Of a stretch of 64,000 nucleotides of DNA, positions 52,101 through 64,000 are shown piece after piece. A program made the translations under genes and the position numbers. The notes beneath the pieces were generated by a model. It searched no databases, was not told the DNA's origin, and worked only from the letters and a program-made list of their open reading frames with translations. The stretch comes from Bugula neritina (Eukaryota > Animalia > Bryozoa): the NCBI GenBank assembly GCA_964035545.1, contig OZ037768.1:22601319-22665318 (forward strand), written 5' to 3'. Position 1 is the stretch's first letter, and the number at the start of each line of letters is the position of its first letter.

Positions 52101-53501
52101 TTATTCACAATAGTTCAGTGAGCTCCTTACAAGTAGGGTCAGCGCCTTATGCACAGGCAGCTGATCATACATTACGGCCAGTGGTCACCTAAGGCAAGCT
52201 ACAGGGGTACACACTTTAGATAGCATATCTATACTACAGTGCTTCACTAAACGGGGCTAAAACCCCGAATAGATTCTAGTAATAAGTTTGGCCACGGGTT
52301 GGCACAACATGCGCCTCACTCACTGATAAGCTGTGTTTTATGTGAGGATACAACGTGACAGTGGTGAGGCCTGGGTGATTGATAGGCATGCTTTAAAATA
52401 TCTCACTAAAAGTCTACCTACTTTTAGATCGAGTGAATTTGTTTAACTTAGTAACTTCAACCCTATATTGCCCCTGGTCCACTCCACCCTTAGTATAACT
52501 TATTACCACTCTACTGCCCCTAATATACCCCGCTTGTTTCATATCTATTCCTCTCTCTTAACAGTTCATTGAAGCTCTACACAAAAACAGGGTGTTTCCC
52601 AAACCGCCCCAAACTTAACCTACTGTTGGAATTTGACTTTTGATACTTAATGGAACATCTTTAACTAAAATTAAAAGAATTTTTCTGATTCAGCTAAAAA
52701 CACTTCTGCCTCAAGAAACTTTAATCATGAATTGTGATTTGTCGATTATATGTACAGATACTTTTGATTGGGCAGCTGGGTACACTAGAAGTCCATGTAG
52801 AGAGGTCAACCAATGTGATCTAACAGTTATATTATGTTAGTAAGTCCAAGGAGAGGTTAGATGTAAGATAAGCAATCTACAGTCTTTCAATTTAAAACTG
52901 TGACATTTGAAGCAATTACATCAGCTGTTATCATGAGTACCAGGACTGTGTGCATTGAGTTGCTACTAGCAATACCTGTATTACTAATAACATTGCGTTA
53001 CTAAGTGGAATCAGGATTTCTTAAAACTCTGTCCATTCTACTGGTATAACTAACACCATTTCACTACCAAGAAAATAGAATTGTGTTTGAGTCATCTACC
53101 TATATAATGTAGCTGTATTCCATTGCATACAAGGACGTCTACACAGTCAAGAAGTTAACTAGCTCTATTATTAACATACCTAGTCACTAAGAATTATTCA
53201 AATAGTAAATAAGTCAATATGACTGACTCATTTATCAGGCAATGAGACATATTCACTGTCAGCAACTATTCAAGTTGGTCTAGGGACAACTACTAACACA
53301 AGTAAGCTAGAGAACTTACCTCTTGAAAGTCTTTTTGCAGCGGTTACAATGGTAGGGCCTATCGTTGCCGAAGTGAGTCCTCATATGGTACCTGAGGCCA
53401 GGTGAGCTGGTGAGGACTTTGTCACAGCCTTCATGGGGACAATACAGTAGCTTCTGACCACCGGGCCCTATCTCTACGTGCCCTTTCTTATACTCAGGCA
53501 T
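43147..53501 (-). CDS. HBP1: HMG box-containing protein 1 homolog (N-terminal zinc fingers + AXH + HMG box)
   Basis: In-phase exons: 53320-53501, 51864-51979, 47267-47486 (LTQLAIIATGPHSPL), 46850-46999, 45778-45950 (WPEAKWQCF), 45371-45643 and 44845-44983 (AXH: CQLDHPFFVKDKGWCS...DVCLPPHHPDA), 44517-44574, 44087-44286 and 43470-43614 (HMG: KRPMNAFMLFAK...CWKRKR), 43147-43161. Confidence 0.9.
43618..43704. repeat. 29-bp tandem repeat x3 at an HBP1 splice acceptor
   Basis: (GCAAAGAGTATAACTATAATATACTSATR)3 directly adjacent to the acceptor at 43615-43616. Confidence 0.9.
47027..47253. repeat. ~19-bp minisatellite filling most of an HBP1 intron
   Basis: TGTATACTGTAGTTACACA units occupy ~225 of the 267 bp in intron 47000-47266. 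Confidence 0.92.
50632..50805. repeat. (GAGT)n-based compound microsatellite
   Basis: GAGT/GACT runs with a duplicated GTAATTGACTCAATAAA. Confidence 0.85.
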
Positions 53502-54170
53502 TACTTAGTTTCACAGTCTAAAATCGAAAGCAACAATCACTACCTTTTCTTTTAAAGTTATTGAGAATTTTATTTTATACAATTTTGGAATTGAATACTA
53601 TTTGTATTGATAGTACAAGTAATAGTAGAGGTTTAATAAACTACACTACACTACAGTACTAGCTTACGACTACTAGTGACTACTATTATTGATACTAGGT
53701 TCTGGTTGCTCTTTTAGTAAAAATCACCATATCAAATTCAAAATAAAAATGACAATACTAAGAAAGAATATCAATCTTCATCATAACGATAATGATAATT
53801 TAACACATGTGATAACATAGACTGTAAGATCATTATTCATTTATTGCGAGTCTTAAATACCAAAAAAATCATTGAATAAAATTAAATCAAATGACATCAT
53901 CTCTGTCTCAAACTTTTTATCCTATTAATAAATTAGCAACCAATCACTTTAATTTTTAATTACGACAATCATTCAATGTAAATAATATTGTTTCAGTCAC
54001 CCAAAGTCAATGTTTTGTCCATACTCATACGGATACTGATAGTATCACCATTAGTAACACGAACAGTCACAGTGTCAGTGTGACTGTGAGTGAGTGAGTA
54101 ACTAGAAGTAGAACTGTAACTATTGGTATAACTAGTATACGTTTGACAAATACAACAAAATACTACTCAC

Positions 54171-54371
54171 ATAATAGTTATTTACTTTTACTTCTTCAAA
54201 TTGCAACAAGTTTCAATGAATGAGTCTTCAACTTCAAATTTTCTTTCAATGAAACTTTTTTCTTCTTTTTCTCCTTCTTCCCTAGACGCCATGTTATTCA
54301 ATGTTTACATTATATTATTGGATAACTATAGAGCGTTCATTGGCTAACAACAAGCACGTGCTCGTGGGCGG
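54171..54371 (-). promoter_or_regulatory. HBP1 first (5'UTR) exon and core promoter
   Basis: GC box GGGCGG (54366-54371), E-box CACGTG (54355-54360), CCAAT boxes (54339-54343, 54318-54322), AACATGGCG (YY1/Kozak-like) at ~54290, and a GTGAGT donor at 54170 compatible with the acceptor at 53517. Confidence 0.65.
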
Positions 54372-56053
54372 GTATTGTTATGAAGTTTTGTTATTGCGCT
54401 GTTCTATTTACCTCACAAAAATGTTTATCAATTTGTCTACAATAGTTATGTTTTCAGCCAATTTATCGTTAAATTAAGTAATTCTCCTTTTGATTATTAT
54501 GTAATTTTTTAAATATATATAATATTTTTCAAATTTTGTATAATTAATAAACAAATTGAGTATCACTGATCAGTAAATGTAATACCGTCAACAGTTCGAT
54601 CGCATTGCACAAGAGTTTTATTATAGTGTCAATAGCGGCTTTTGATGGTAGCTTTCCGTTTAGTTACAATTAAAAGAGTTTGCAATGATTGCATGAGTTG
54701 CTCAGTTAAAGCTCTAATTTTAACTTACAAAAATAACAACTTGTGGTAAAACCAACTCTACCAAGTTGAAGTCATATTGGTATATAGACTATGGACCCTA
54801 TAGTTCTTACAAAACGTTCATTACAGCACATAATTATGTGATAAAATTTGCCAACTTTTGCTAATGCAATTTAACAATTTACTCTTTTTAATATATGAAA
54901 CCATGTTTTAACTTCTAAATGTACACGCAAATTTGCTAGCTTCTAAATAATAATAATTATTATATAATCAGTTTTTGGCTATAAGTATTGATTAAGGGAG
55001 AGTTATTTTCTCTTGGATTAAAGCATTTATCACGAGAGCACAACCTTCACAAAATGTAAATTTTTTCAACCTTATTTGGAAATGTTATTTATTTTTATTG
55101 CTCAGTATTAAGCTATCCGATTGCCTATATTTCTACATTATTATTGAAATTATAATTTTCACTATATGCGATATCATTTAACAATTTAAAGCTGCAAAAT
55201 AATTGCCAGTTTCATGTTCAGCAAAAATCTGCTATAAGCATGACTGCTAAGTATACTTTAATGATATACATGTTGTATGTAAATAAAATGTTATAAGAAT
55301 ATATGGAAAATAATATACTATATTATACATTATCATGCAATACAGAAATTATAAGAGAAATTTATGCTATTGTATATTTTAAGTAACTTCATCAGTTTTA
55401 AAATTTTAAAATATCAGAAGATAGGTTTGTTAAGTAAAATATAAGAAATAAAAAATAAAAAAAAATATACCAAATTTCAAATTTGCAGGATATAATAACG
55501 TGAAAGGAGTAGAGGCTTGTAATGTGTTATTAAAGTGAATTTTATGTAGAACTTGAAGAAAAACTATAGCCTAAAAACTTTACTTTGCATTAAAAGCTAT
55601 GATGGTTACATACAACAATATAAAATGATATGCAGTAAAAGTTTCAAGTTTGAGGTATAGATTGGAATGCAATAAAGTTTATAACTGAAACAGCATTAAA
55701 AAATCAACTACTTTCAGATGAACAAAATTTTAGTTTCAATAAAAAATAAAATAAATATATTTGATTCATAAATAAAAGAATATTTTGTTGTGGCACTTAT
55801 ATTGAGGCAGTAACCGAAATGCTTTACTAGTGAAGGAGCAGCAGATTGAATGATTCAAGTCACACTCCTCTGTGATCAATAGAAGAGAGCAAGATTAGAG
55901 TTTTGTATAGTCGAGTACACTGAACTGAAACTATATATCTATAGTTTCAATGTTATAGTTCAATGGTCGAGTATCACATACACGTATTTGGCACATCGAT
56001 TGAAATGTTATCGAAATGAATTGAGCTACTGGCAGTACAAATACAGATTAGAT

Positions 56054-59000
56054 TCACTGAATAAATCTCTTCTCAGGTAGTAACTGGACTTTCTTCTGCA
56101 GAACTTGTGACATCACTTCCTGGATGAGTAATATAGTCCTCATTGATATCGGATAGAACTCTGGGAGCTTCTCTTGTAAGACTGGCCCTTGGATATAATA
56201 TCTACAAATCAAATGATTAAGTTGTCCACATTCAGGTCAAGGTCAACTAGTATACAAGGTGTACGTCTGCTATGTCTAGCTAACATCAAACATGTTTATC
56301 TGTATCAGGTTTAGTATCAATAAGTAGGAGAATTGCCAAACTAAAAAGAAGGAGTGAATAAAAAGTGCAAAAATCAAGCCAAGAAACAACTTGTCCGTAT
56401 GTCGCTAGATAAAAGTCGCCTGCTTGATAAAAAAAATTCTAAATTCTAAAAGCACTGAAAATACAACACTTACTCTGTACAGAACACTTATCGCGTAATT
56501 TACACTTAAAATGTATAATACACTTACATTATTACGCAATATACTACATTGTATAATATATAAAATAGAAATCAATTTATCAACTTTCTTACTTAAATTC
56601 TTCTGTATAATTGTTGCTGATAAATGAAGCCAAAGGAGGACTGTAGACCATTATGGCATGTTGAATATAGAATTCCTGGAATACCAGTATTGCTTCTTGG
56701 GGTGACAACTCCACTTTTTTTGAAGGCTGAACAAATCTCATTGCTTGTCCAATTATACGTTCTAGAAATTTATTCTACAAGAAAGCCACGACTCGATATA
56801 GTAGTAGTAAGATAACTCCATAACCCAATTGTTGATTTTGAAAAAATGTCAGTACTGATAGTTATCCAATCTTCTTATCAACAGACACATACAACTCATT
56901 AGCTATACTATCAACTAGTGAGTCACTTTATAACTCAAACTGAACATTGATCTCGGTTTTCTTAAAAACACTCAAATCGTGTAAAAATTAAAAAATAAGC
57001 CCCAATTATAGTAAGATTTAAAACTACCAAAGGTGTCAGCTGGACACGTACCGTAGTGTTGAGGCTTTCCAGCACATTCATGAGCCAGTTTACGTTGAAA
57101 AAAGAGTTTTCACTGCGACCCCAGTGTGACTGTTGTGCTATGACTAGAAGCTCAAACAGAACTGAAGTTGAGGCACTTGTGAACTCGACAAACAGCTCGT
57201 GGATCTAAAACACCCGAAGTCAGGTACAGAACAGATATAGGAGAAATACTATAGCTGACTCCGGGACTGTGACTGGTGCACCTAGTATGTTCAGAAATTT
57301 ACAATTTACTAAGTAATATTACTAAACTTAGTTATTATTATGCAAAAATTTATTATGCAGCCATATTTGTTACACATGTGGGCGCATATTATAAGCAGAC
57401 ATATACTATACAAACATATACTGTGCAGATGTATGCTATACCAACGTATGCTACGCAGATGTACATTAGGCAAATGTATGCTTTTTATTGCCAGCCAAAG
57501 TTTTATGAACTCTGGATTAGAACCTAAAGTGTTTGAGAAATACAATTCATATTATGTAGAAACACTTCAGTTGAACTATTTTTGCTAATTGAAAATATAA
57601 AAAAGCAGTACAAGTGCCATTTCTAGCACTGATTTACTTACATACCAATCTGTATAGTACACACTTATTAACTAATAACTAGTTTGTGTTCCACTAGACT
57701 GTTTCCTGTCCTACTAATAAGTAGGTAACTTATATAAAGCTTTGTATCAAATCAAACATCTAACAAATACTAGACTGTTTCCTGTCCTACTAATAAGTAG
57801 GTAATGTATATAAAGCTTTGTATCAAATCAAACATCTAACAAATACTAAAACCTCAAGCAGAGTATACCTCCACGTCAGCAAGACACTTCCACTTGTCTG
57901 CCTCCGTCTGCATAAGCAGTTTAGAAGCCTTAGAGGTTGGTGGAACGTATTTAACTGGCAGAGACGGGAAGCAGGTTATCACTTCTATGAGGTCTTGAAT
58001 GAGACGGCCCGACCCCGACCTCAATACTCGCAGACGTGAAGGAAAGATCTCAGTCTCTCTGAACATCAGACCAATCGTCTGAATTATTAGAATTATCAAT
58101 CTGAAAAAAACAAGTCAATTTATAAATAGAAGATTTCCTTTGCCTATGTTAGCTTCAACAGTCTACAGTTTCTGTTGACAGACATGTAAAATAATATTTT
58201 TGATGAAGTTCAGAAGTAAATAAATTGACAGAAGTGATTGATTGTGCAAAAATATTCACAGGTACACTATAGAATGACACTCTTTGCTATGACTCTTGCT
58301 TTAGAGTGACACTCTAGCTTATACAGCCTGACTAGGAATAGGGAGGGTTTTAGACGTGATCAGAGTTTATTTGAGTCACCAAATACTGACCAAACACTGA
58401 CCGTAAAAACTAAAATAATAATGATACAACATAAGGCATAAGGCAAACAAAATGTACGTAATATAATAAGTATGTATGTAAAAGCACTAGCAATGTATAT
58501 CATAAATTGTAGATAGCAGCATGAAATAATGATTCAACATAGCATGCAACTACAGCCCATATTATTAAAAACTTTATAACATAAAAATGTAATAACGATA
58601 TATAATTGTAAATAGATGTTCATTACCTCTTTTCTCTCTCTCCTAGTCTACTGTTATGTTAATGCTGTGGCTTTGCACAGTCTTTCAAATAATGCTACTC
58701 TTTAGTAGTCTTACATAAATTTGATGCTGTCCAAACTGACAGCATGACTCTAACAATATTGCAACTACTAAAAATGGTTTTGTCTTATATACTAATCCAT
58801 TTGATAAACATTATTGTGTTGTAAGAGGTATGATTTTACAATTTACTATTTTGGGGTAGGATCTTACTGTTTCAAGAAGTGGGCTGAAGTAAACAAGCAT
58901 CGTGTGACATCACAGCTGATGCAAGCATAGCTGCTGACTATGAATCATTCTACATGCGTAGCTACTGTTTTGGGGTAGTGATTAAAGAAGCATTAGGTAG

Positions 59001-62000
59001 ACTACTAGCAGCTAGTGGTTAGGCTAATTTGAGGTTAATGACATTGTGATTGTGTGTGATTGTACTACAAGTTATAATATCTGTAAACATCCTATTTCGT
59101 AACATTACATACACTTTTATAACAAAAACAATTTTTTGGAATATACATTATTTGTGTGAGTTTTGCCCAGCTGTATTTGTAGTTCAATGAGAACTGGTTT
59201 TCTCAAATAACCTTCACCTCTACAACACTGGCACTGCCCCCTTTTGTTACAACCAATTAGAGTTGCTCTATTCAATATGATTAAACTTTCTTTTAATTAT
59301 TAATTTATTGTTTCTCGCAGCACGGCCAAATGACCTTCACCCTTAATACGTGGCAATACACTTACTCAAACTCATCTGCCCTTTGCGCTCTTCCAAGGTC
59401 GTTGTTGATATTAGCATGGGGAGACTTTGGTAAATACACTTTCAGGATTGAGACTAGCTTGGCAAAGATATCACCTGACTATAACACCAATTCAGAACTG
59501 AGGTCAAACAACAAACATATTTTATTCTTGCAAAATGAATATACGTACTCACACTCTTTAGCAAACCCTAAGTCTGCAAAAAATCTTTGAATTTCTTATA
59601 TTATTCAACTTTGGAAATTATTATGTGTGATCAGTCGCAATTCTATGTCAAATGTACAATTCTGAGAATTAACAGAGCGTTGACTCAATGAAACGTGGCA
59701 TTAGTTGAAATCATCTACAGAATGGATGAGACTACAACTATAGAAGTTATCCTCTCACAAAAGCAAATAACTGCAAGATATAGTAAGCCTAGGGCCACAC
59801 TGTGCGTATTTTCGCATGCGAAAATTGAAATCACAAGTAGCAAAGGTGTCCACTGTACGCGTTGAGAAAACATTCGCACTTGTCGCTCAGCATTCTCAAC
59901 GCAAGTGTGAATCGTCTCTGTCGTCGTCACCTAATTGGCTGGTAGTTATTCAGCGAGCCCAATTGCTTTATTTTAGTGCTACATTCCAGTAAATTGTGTT
60001 TTATTGAAAGCGAGTGCGATTTAAAAATGAAAGCTTTATTTATCACGCATCACTGACGCTACAGTGGACACCTTTGCTACTCGCGGTTTCAATTTTCGCA
60101 TGCGAAAATACGCACAGTGTGGTCCTAGGCTAACTAACACCAACACATAATAAAAGTTAAACAAAATCATTCTACACACTAAATAAGAAAACATTTGAAT
60201 CAAATTAAGCTTACACCATGTATAATACTATACGTATATTATTGATGTAATACACTATGTATAATACTATATATAGATATAATACACTATGTATAATATA
60301 ATATATATATTTATTACACTATTTATGAATTATACCATGTATAATTTACCACAATATATATACACAACAGTAATTCCTACCTTTTCATCATCTGCACTTC
60401 GCTAAGTTGACAAAAACATAATAATTTTATAATTCATTATAATATAAATGGTTAACTGTGTAAAACTTATTTTATTTTGTGACATTCAAATTCCAATGAC
60501 TTTGATTTTGACTTTGATTTGATTTCACCAATAATCAAAGCTAAACCAAATATTTTGGGAGTATGTTACAATATAGTATAGCATATAATATATGTAATAT
60601 AATATACAATATAATACAACATATAATATAATATATGTAATATAATATACAATATAATACAACATATAATATAATATATGTAAATATAATGCATGATTAT
60701 ATTCGATACAATTTAATACAATATTATTATCATATACTATAAGGTACAATATATGACATATATATATACTGTATAATTTAATATAATATAATATAAGGTG
60801 TAAATTAATATATTACACACCTTCCAGAATAATCTTTTAAGATGAAAATATTTTTCAGTTGCAGTTTTCAGTTCCTGTACCAACTCAAACGTCTGCTCCA
60901 TTGTGTTCCCAGGATCCATCAGCTCCTTTGTCAGCGTTGAGAACAGCATGTCTATTTTAACGCTGTCAAATATATATGCTATCATAATATATTTCACGAC
61001 CCTTTAATAAATATATTATATATATATATATATATATAGTGAAAATGTTCATGTTTGTTTAAAGACGGCAAAAAGTTAAAAATAATTTAAAACAAATATT
61101 TGGCAACATTTACATTATAAACCTTTTGAATATTTTGAGTTTGATTGACTGGAATCAAGTTTTAATTTTTAGTTATCTAGATTTAAATTAATTGTCAAGA
61201 AATTTTTACAAGAGATATTTTTAATTTAATTTTTTCTGAATTTTTTTTATTTTGAAGGCAATTAGCGGTGCATGCCTATAAATAATTAGGTATAATTCTA
61301 AATTTCTTTCCTGATAATTTTTTTATTATATTATAACATAAAACTGTTGTTCACAGGGTTAGATAATTCCCAATTAGTAGTGTGCAGCAGGTAGTCATTT
61401 CTACTAGGTCTAGGAGTGCACAACTTCCAATCACTACAAATGCTCTAGTGCATATAAAAGTAAATGAAAATGTTTAGATATTTGAACTGTAATAATTAGC
61501 AGACGGCAGTTAGAATTAACTTATTTAGAATAGTACAAAATCAAAGTAAAACCTGTAAAATATGGACCTTTTTATTCTAAATAACATTAAAATAATCCAC
61601 TACATGCATGTACTTTTGCTTCCATATTCAGTGTGTTATTTTTGTCACATCACAAACAATAATTGAGTTCACTGCAAGAAATGTTAGTAAAAACAACCAC
61701 AACTTGTAGTATTATTTATAAAATTTTGTAATATGAATTATAAACTCGAGGCTGTTAGACTTAGAACCAAACCTATTTTGCCGCCACCACTACCTCACAC
61801 TGTGTTAAACTCATAATTACTCAACAATCAGATTATAAAACGACAATCAGGGCTATAGTTTAACTATCATAAACAATAAAATCAAAACACGCAGATGTGC
61901 ATGTAAATTATGTACTAATAAAAAGTTGAAGCATTTTATTTGCATTTAAAGAACTGAGTCTAATTGGTTGCTCATATAGCAATTGCCATACATGTGCAAC

Positions 62001-63581
62001 TCAAATGTGTTGTTAAAATACTTCAACTCTTGTTGTGAGAAGATAAAAAAGTGATATTTTAGTGTGTCATGCAAGTTTACCTCAGCGTTTTCCCACCCAG
62101 ATCTCTGTAATCATGAATATTAACTTAGACTAAAAACATATTCTATAATGTAGGAGAACACAACTCCCTATGAGTATTGTGTCATCTCAACTCACGTGAT
62201 GTAATCAAAGACACTATAACCTACTTGAACTGTTACATTTTAAAGTATGCAGGTAGAAAACCTAATATTGAATAAAGTGTTCATAGGGTATCTTTATCGT
62301 TAAATGACAGAAGACCTTTGAGAGATTTTAGTAAAAGCTTAAAGGTGTGGAGGTATGATTGAAATATAATCTGGGTTTGCAATAAGTGAAGGCTGTTGAC
62401 CACCTGGTTGGCCCCACATCTGTGTTAAAATTGAGTTGTTTTACCGACTTCAAAATTTCATCAACCTCATTATCAGCCAGAAGAAACAGTTTGTGTATAA
62501 ATTTTCAGTTTTTTTTAATAAAATTGCTATAACTTAGGCAGCTCAAATGTCATTATCTGAATCCTAACTACATCATTTGATTTTTGAATGACTTAATAAT
62601 ATTCTTTTCTCAGTAAGAATTGTCATTACATAACTACATGTAAGTGAAACTGTTGGCAACGCAGTGCATATCATACGTTGTAAAAGAAAATCAATACAGC
62701 GATGCCTTGTCAACCCAGAACAAGCACATAACCGGATTCTTCTCAATCAGTCTAGAATGACACATTGGTAAACTTGTTAAAATAGTAGCTGTGGTTATTA
62801 TAATGTAAAATCATGATACAACTTTGTAGAAGGAATATAGTTATGACCGGTAGTACAATGATGGTGAATGACTCAAACTCAAAGATCTCAAATCATGCCC
62901 CCCTTTAGTTTTCTTTCAATTTTAATGTCATTCAATAATCTCTAAACTAATATTCTAAAAACAGTCACAATATAAGAATATGGTAATACACTACTCAACA
63001 GACTAAAAGTAACGCATGAACTCACGAGCTATGTTTCCCTTTCTGGAGGTACAGAGCACCATCTTGTGTAAGCTCTTCGCTATCAAGATACAGGGTAGAT
63101 CTCTGTAAACAGATTTAGAGTATATATAGACAGTCATTAGTTACTCCAACACAGCGTAAACCTTTGTCAAGGTTGACTAAACATCCAGTAGAAGGTTCAA
63201 CCAATCAAAGTGTCTTGAGATGTTTAAACGTTCTAGCGCTTTCTCCTAGTGTGTAGATGTTATTCAAATATTAATTTTAATAAACTTTTCAAATGTGAAA
63301 ATGAACAATAATGGGTATGTTATTATATAATAGTAAGTATATTCATGTAGGTTATTATATAATAGTAAGTATATTCATGTAGGTTATTATATAATAGTAA
63401 GTATATTAACGTAGGTTGTTATATAATAGTAAGTACACACATGTAAGTTATTATGTAATACTAGTAGTTCACTTACTATAAGGAAGTTATTGACTGCACT
63501 TCTGATCAGAACGAGCATCTTGGAGTCTGGAACCAACATATACAGATGGAGGGTCATCTTCTTACTGACCTTGCTGCCAAC
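56054..63581 (-). CDS. C12orf56 / DUF4551-family protein (partial; 5' exons beyond window)
   Basis: Exons 63477-63581 (LHLYML...NNFLI), ~63026-63102, 62081-62104, 60821-60962 (ELKTATEKYFHLKRLFWK), ~59365-59478 (YLPKS...QRADE), ~57855-58100 (IIQTIGLMFRETE), 57052-57204, 56593-56774 (LSPQEA...NNYTEEFK) and 56054-56201 (YYI...KLPEFYPI) follow the motif order I recall for vertebrate C12orf56. Confidence 0.85.
57694..57848. repeat. ~75-bp direct tandem duplication next to a splice donor
   Basis: ACTAGACTGTTTCCTGTCCTACTAATAAGTAGGTAA...AAACATCTAACAAAT occurs twice. Confidence 0.9.
59787..60130. mobile_element. PIF/Harbinger-type MITE, 344 bp, copy 2
   Basis: Same TIRs, length and TAA target-site duplication as 38068-38411; intronic in the C12orf56-like gene. 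Confidence 0.9.
63317..63460. repeat. 32-bp tandem repeat (~4 units) next to a splice donor
   Basis: GTTATTATATAATAGTAAGTATATTCATGTAG units, ending ~15 bp from the donor at 63476. Confidence 0.85.
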
Positions 63582-64000
63582 CTACAGCAGCAGTCAACCG
63601 GCAGCGGTTAGTAGAAGGAGCTGAATTGCTAATGCTAGTTCTAGTAGAAATTTATAACGTGAAGAGTTGCCTGATTACGAGATAAAGTAATGGGGTAGTA
63701 AACTTAAAAGTCAAACTACAAGTTATAGATTCAAGTAAAGCAAACATATTCGTCTTAGAGGTTACTGAATAAATTAGAGACAGTTTAAAGAAACTGCTGC
63801 ATGCAGATGCAGTCTTATACGTCTAAAAAGATAATCACACAAAGTTGAAATTATTGGAGTCAGTCCTCTTACACCATTTGAAAGAAAGAAAAGTTGAATT
63901 GCACGCTATATCAGAGACGTCCCTTCCCAATAGTATTTTATAAAACAGCATCGAGTCTACATTATATATATAGATAGTAGCTGACTTTTAAACTCTTAGT

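Overview
This is AT-rich metazoan genomic DNA with GT-AG introns, probably from an invertebrate (inference). All gene models were spliced by hand, checking exon phase. Seven protein-coding genes are supported: a multi-exon vertnin-type OTU gene (-, runs off the left edge), Flattop/CFAP126 (+, with apparent alternative 3' ends), two tandem THAP + C2H2 zinc-finger paralogs (+), an IFI27/ISG12-family gene (+), an HBP1-like gene (AXH + HMG box) with unexpected N-terminal zinc fingers (-), and a C12orf56/DUF4551 homolog (-, runs off the right edge). Non-coding content includes a ~2.4 kb nested foldback structure, two 344-bp Harbinger-type MITEs, a tRNA-derived SINE remnant and many intronic minisatellites. 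The most unusual observations are: (1) the THAP-ZnF pair is a mosaic of diverged and near-identical blocks, and one copy carries an extra Bro-N-like module; (2) the ZnF-AXH-HMG fusion; (3) 'drifting hexamer' low-complexity islands downstream of first exons; (4) the foldback element. Many entries in the supplied ORF track are non-coding or alternative-frame artefacts.
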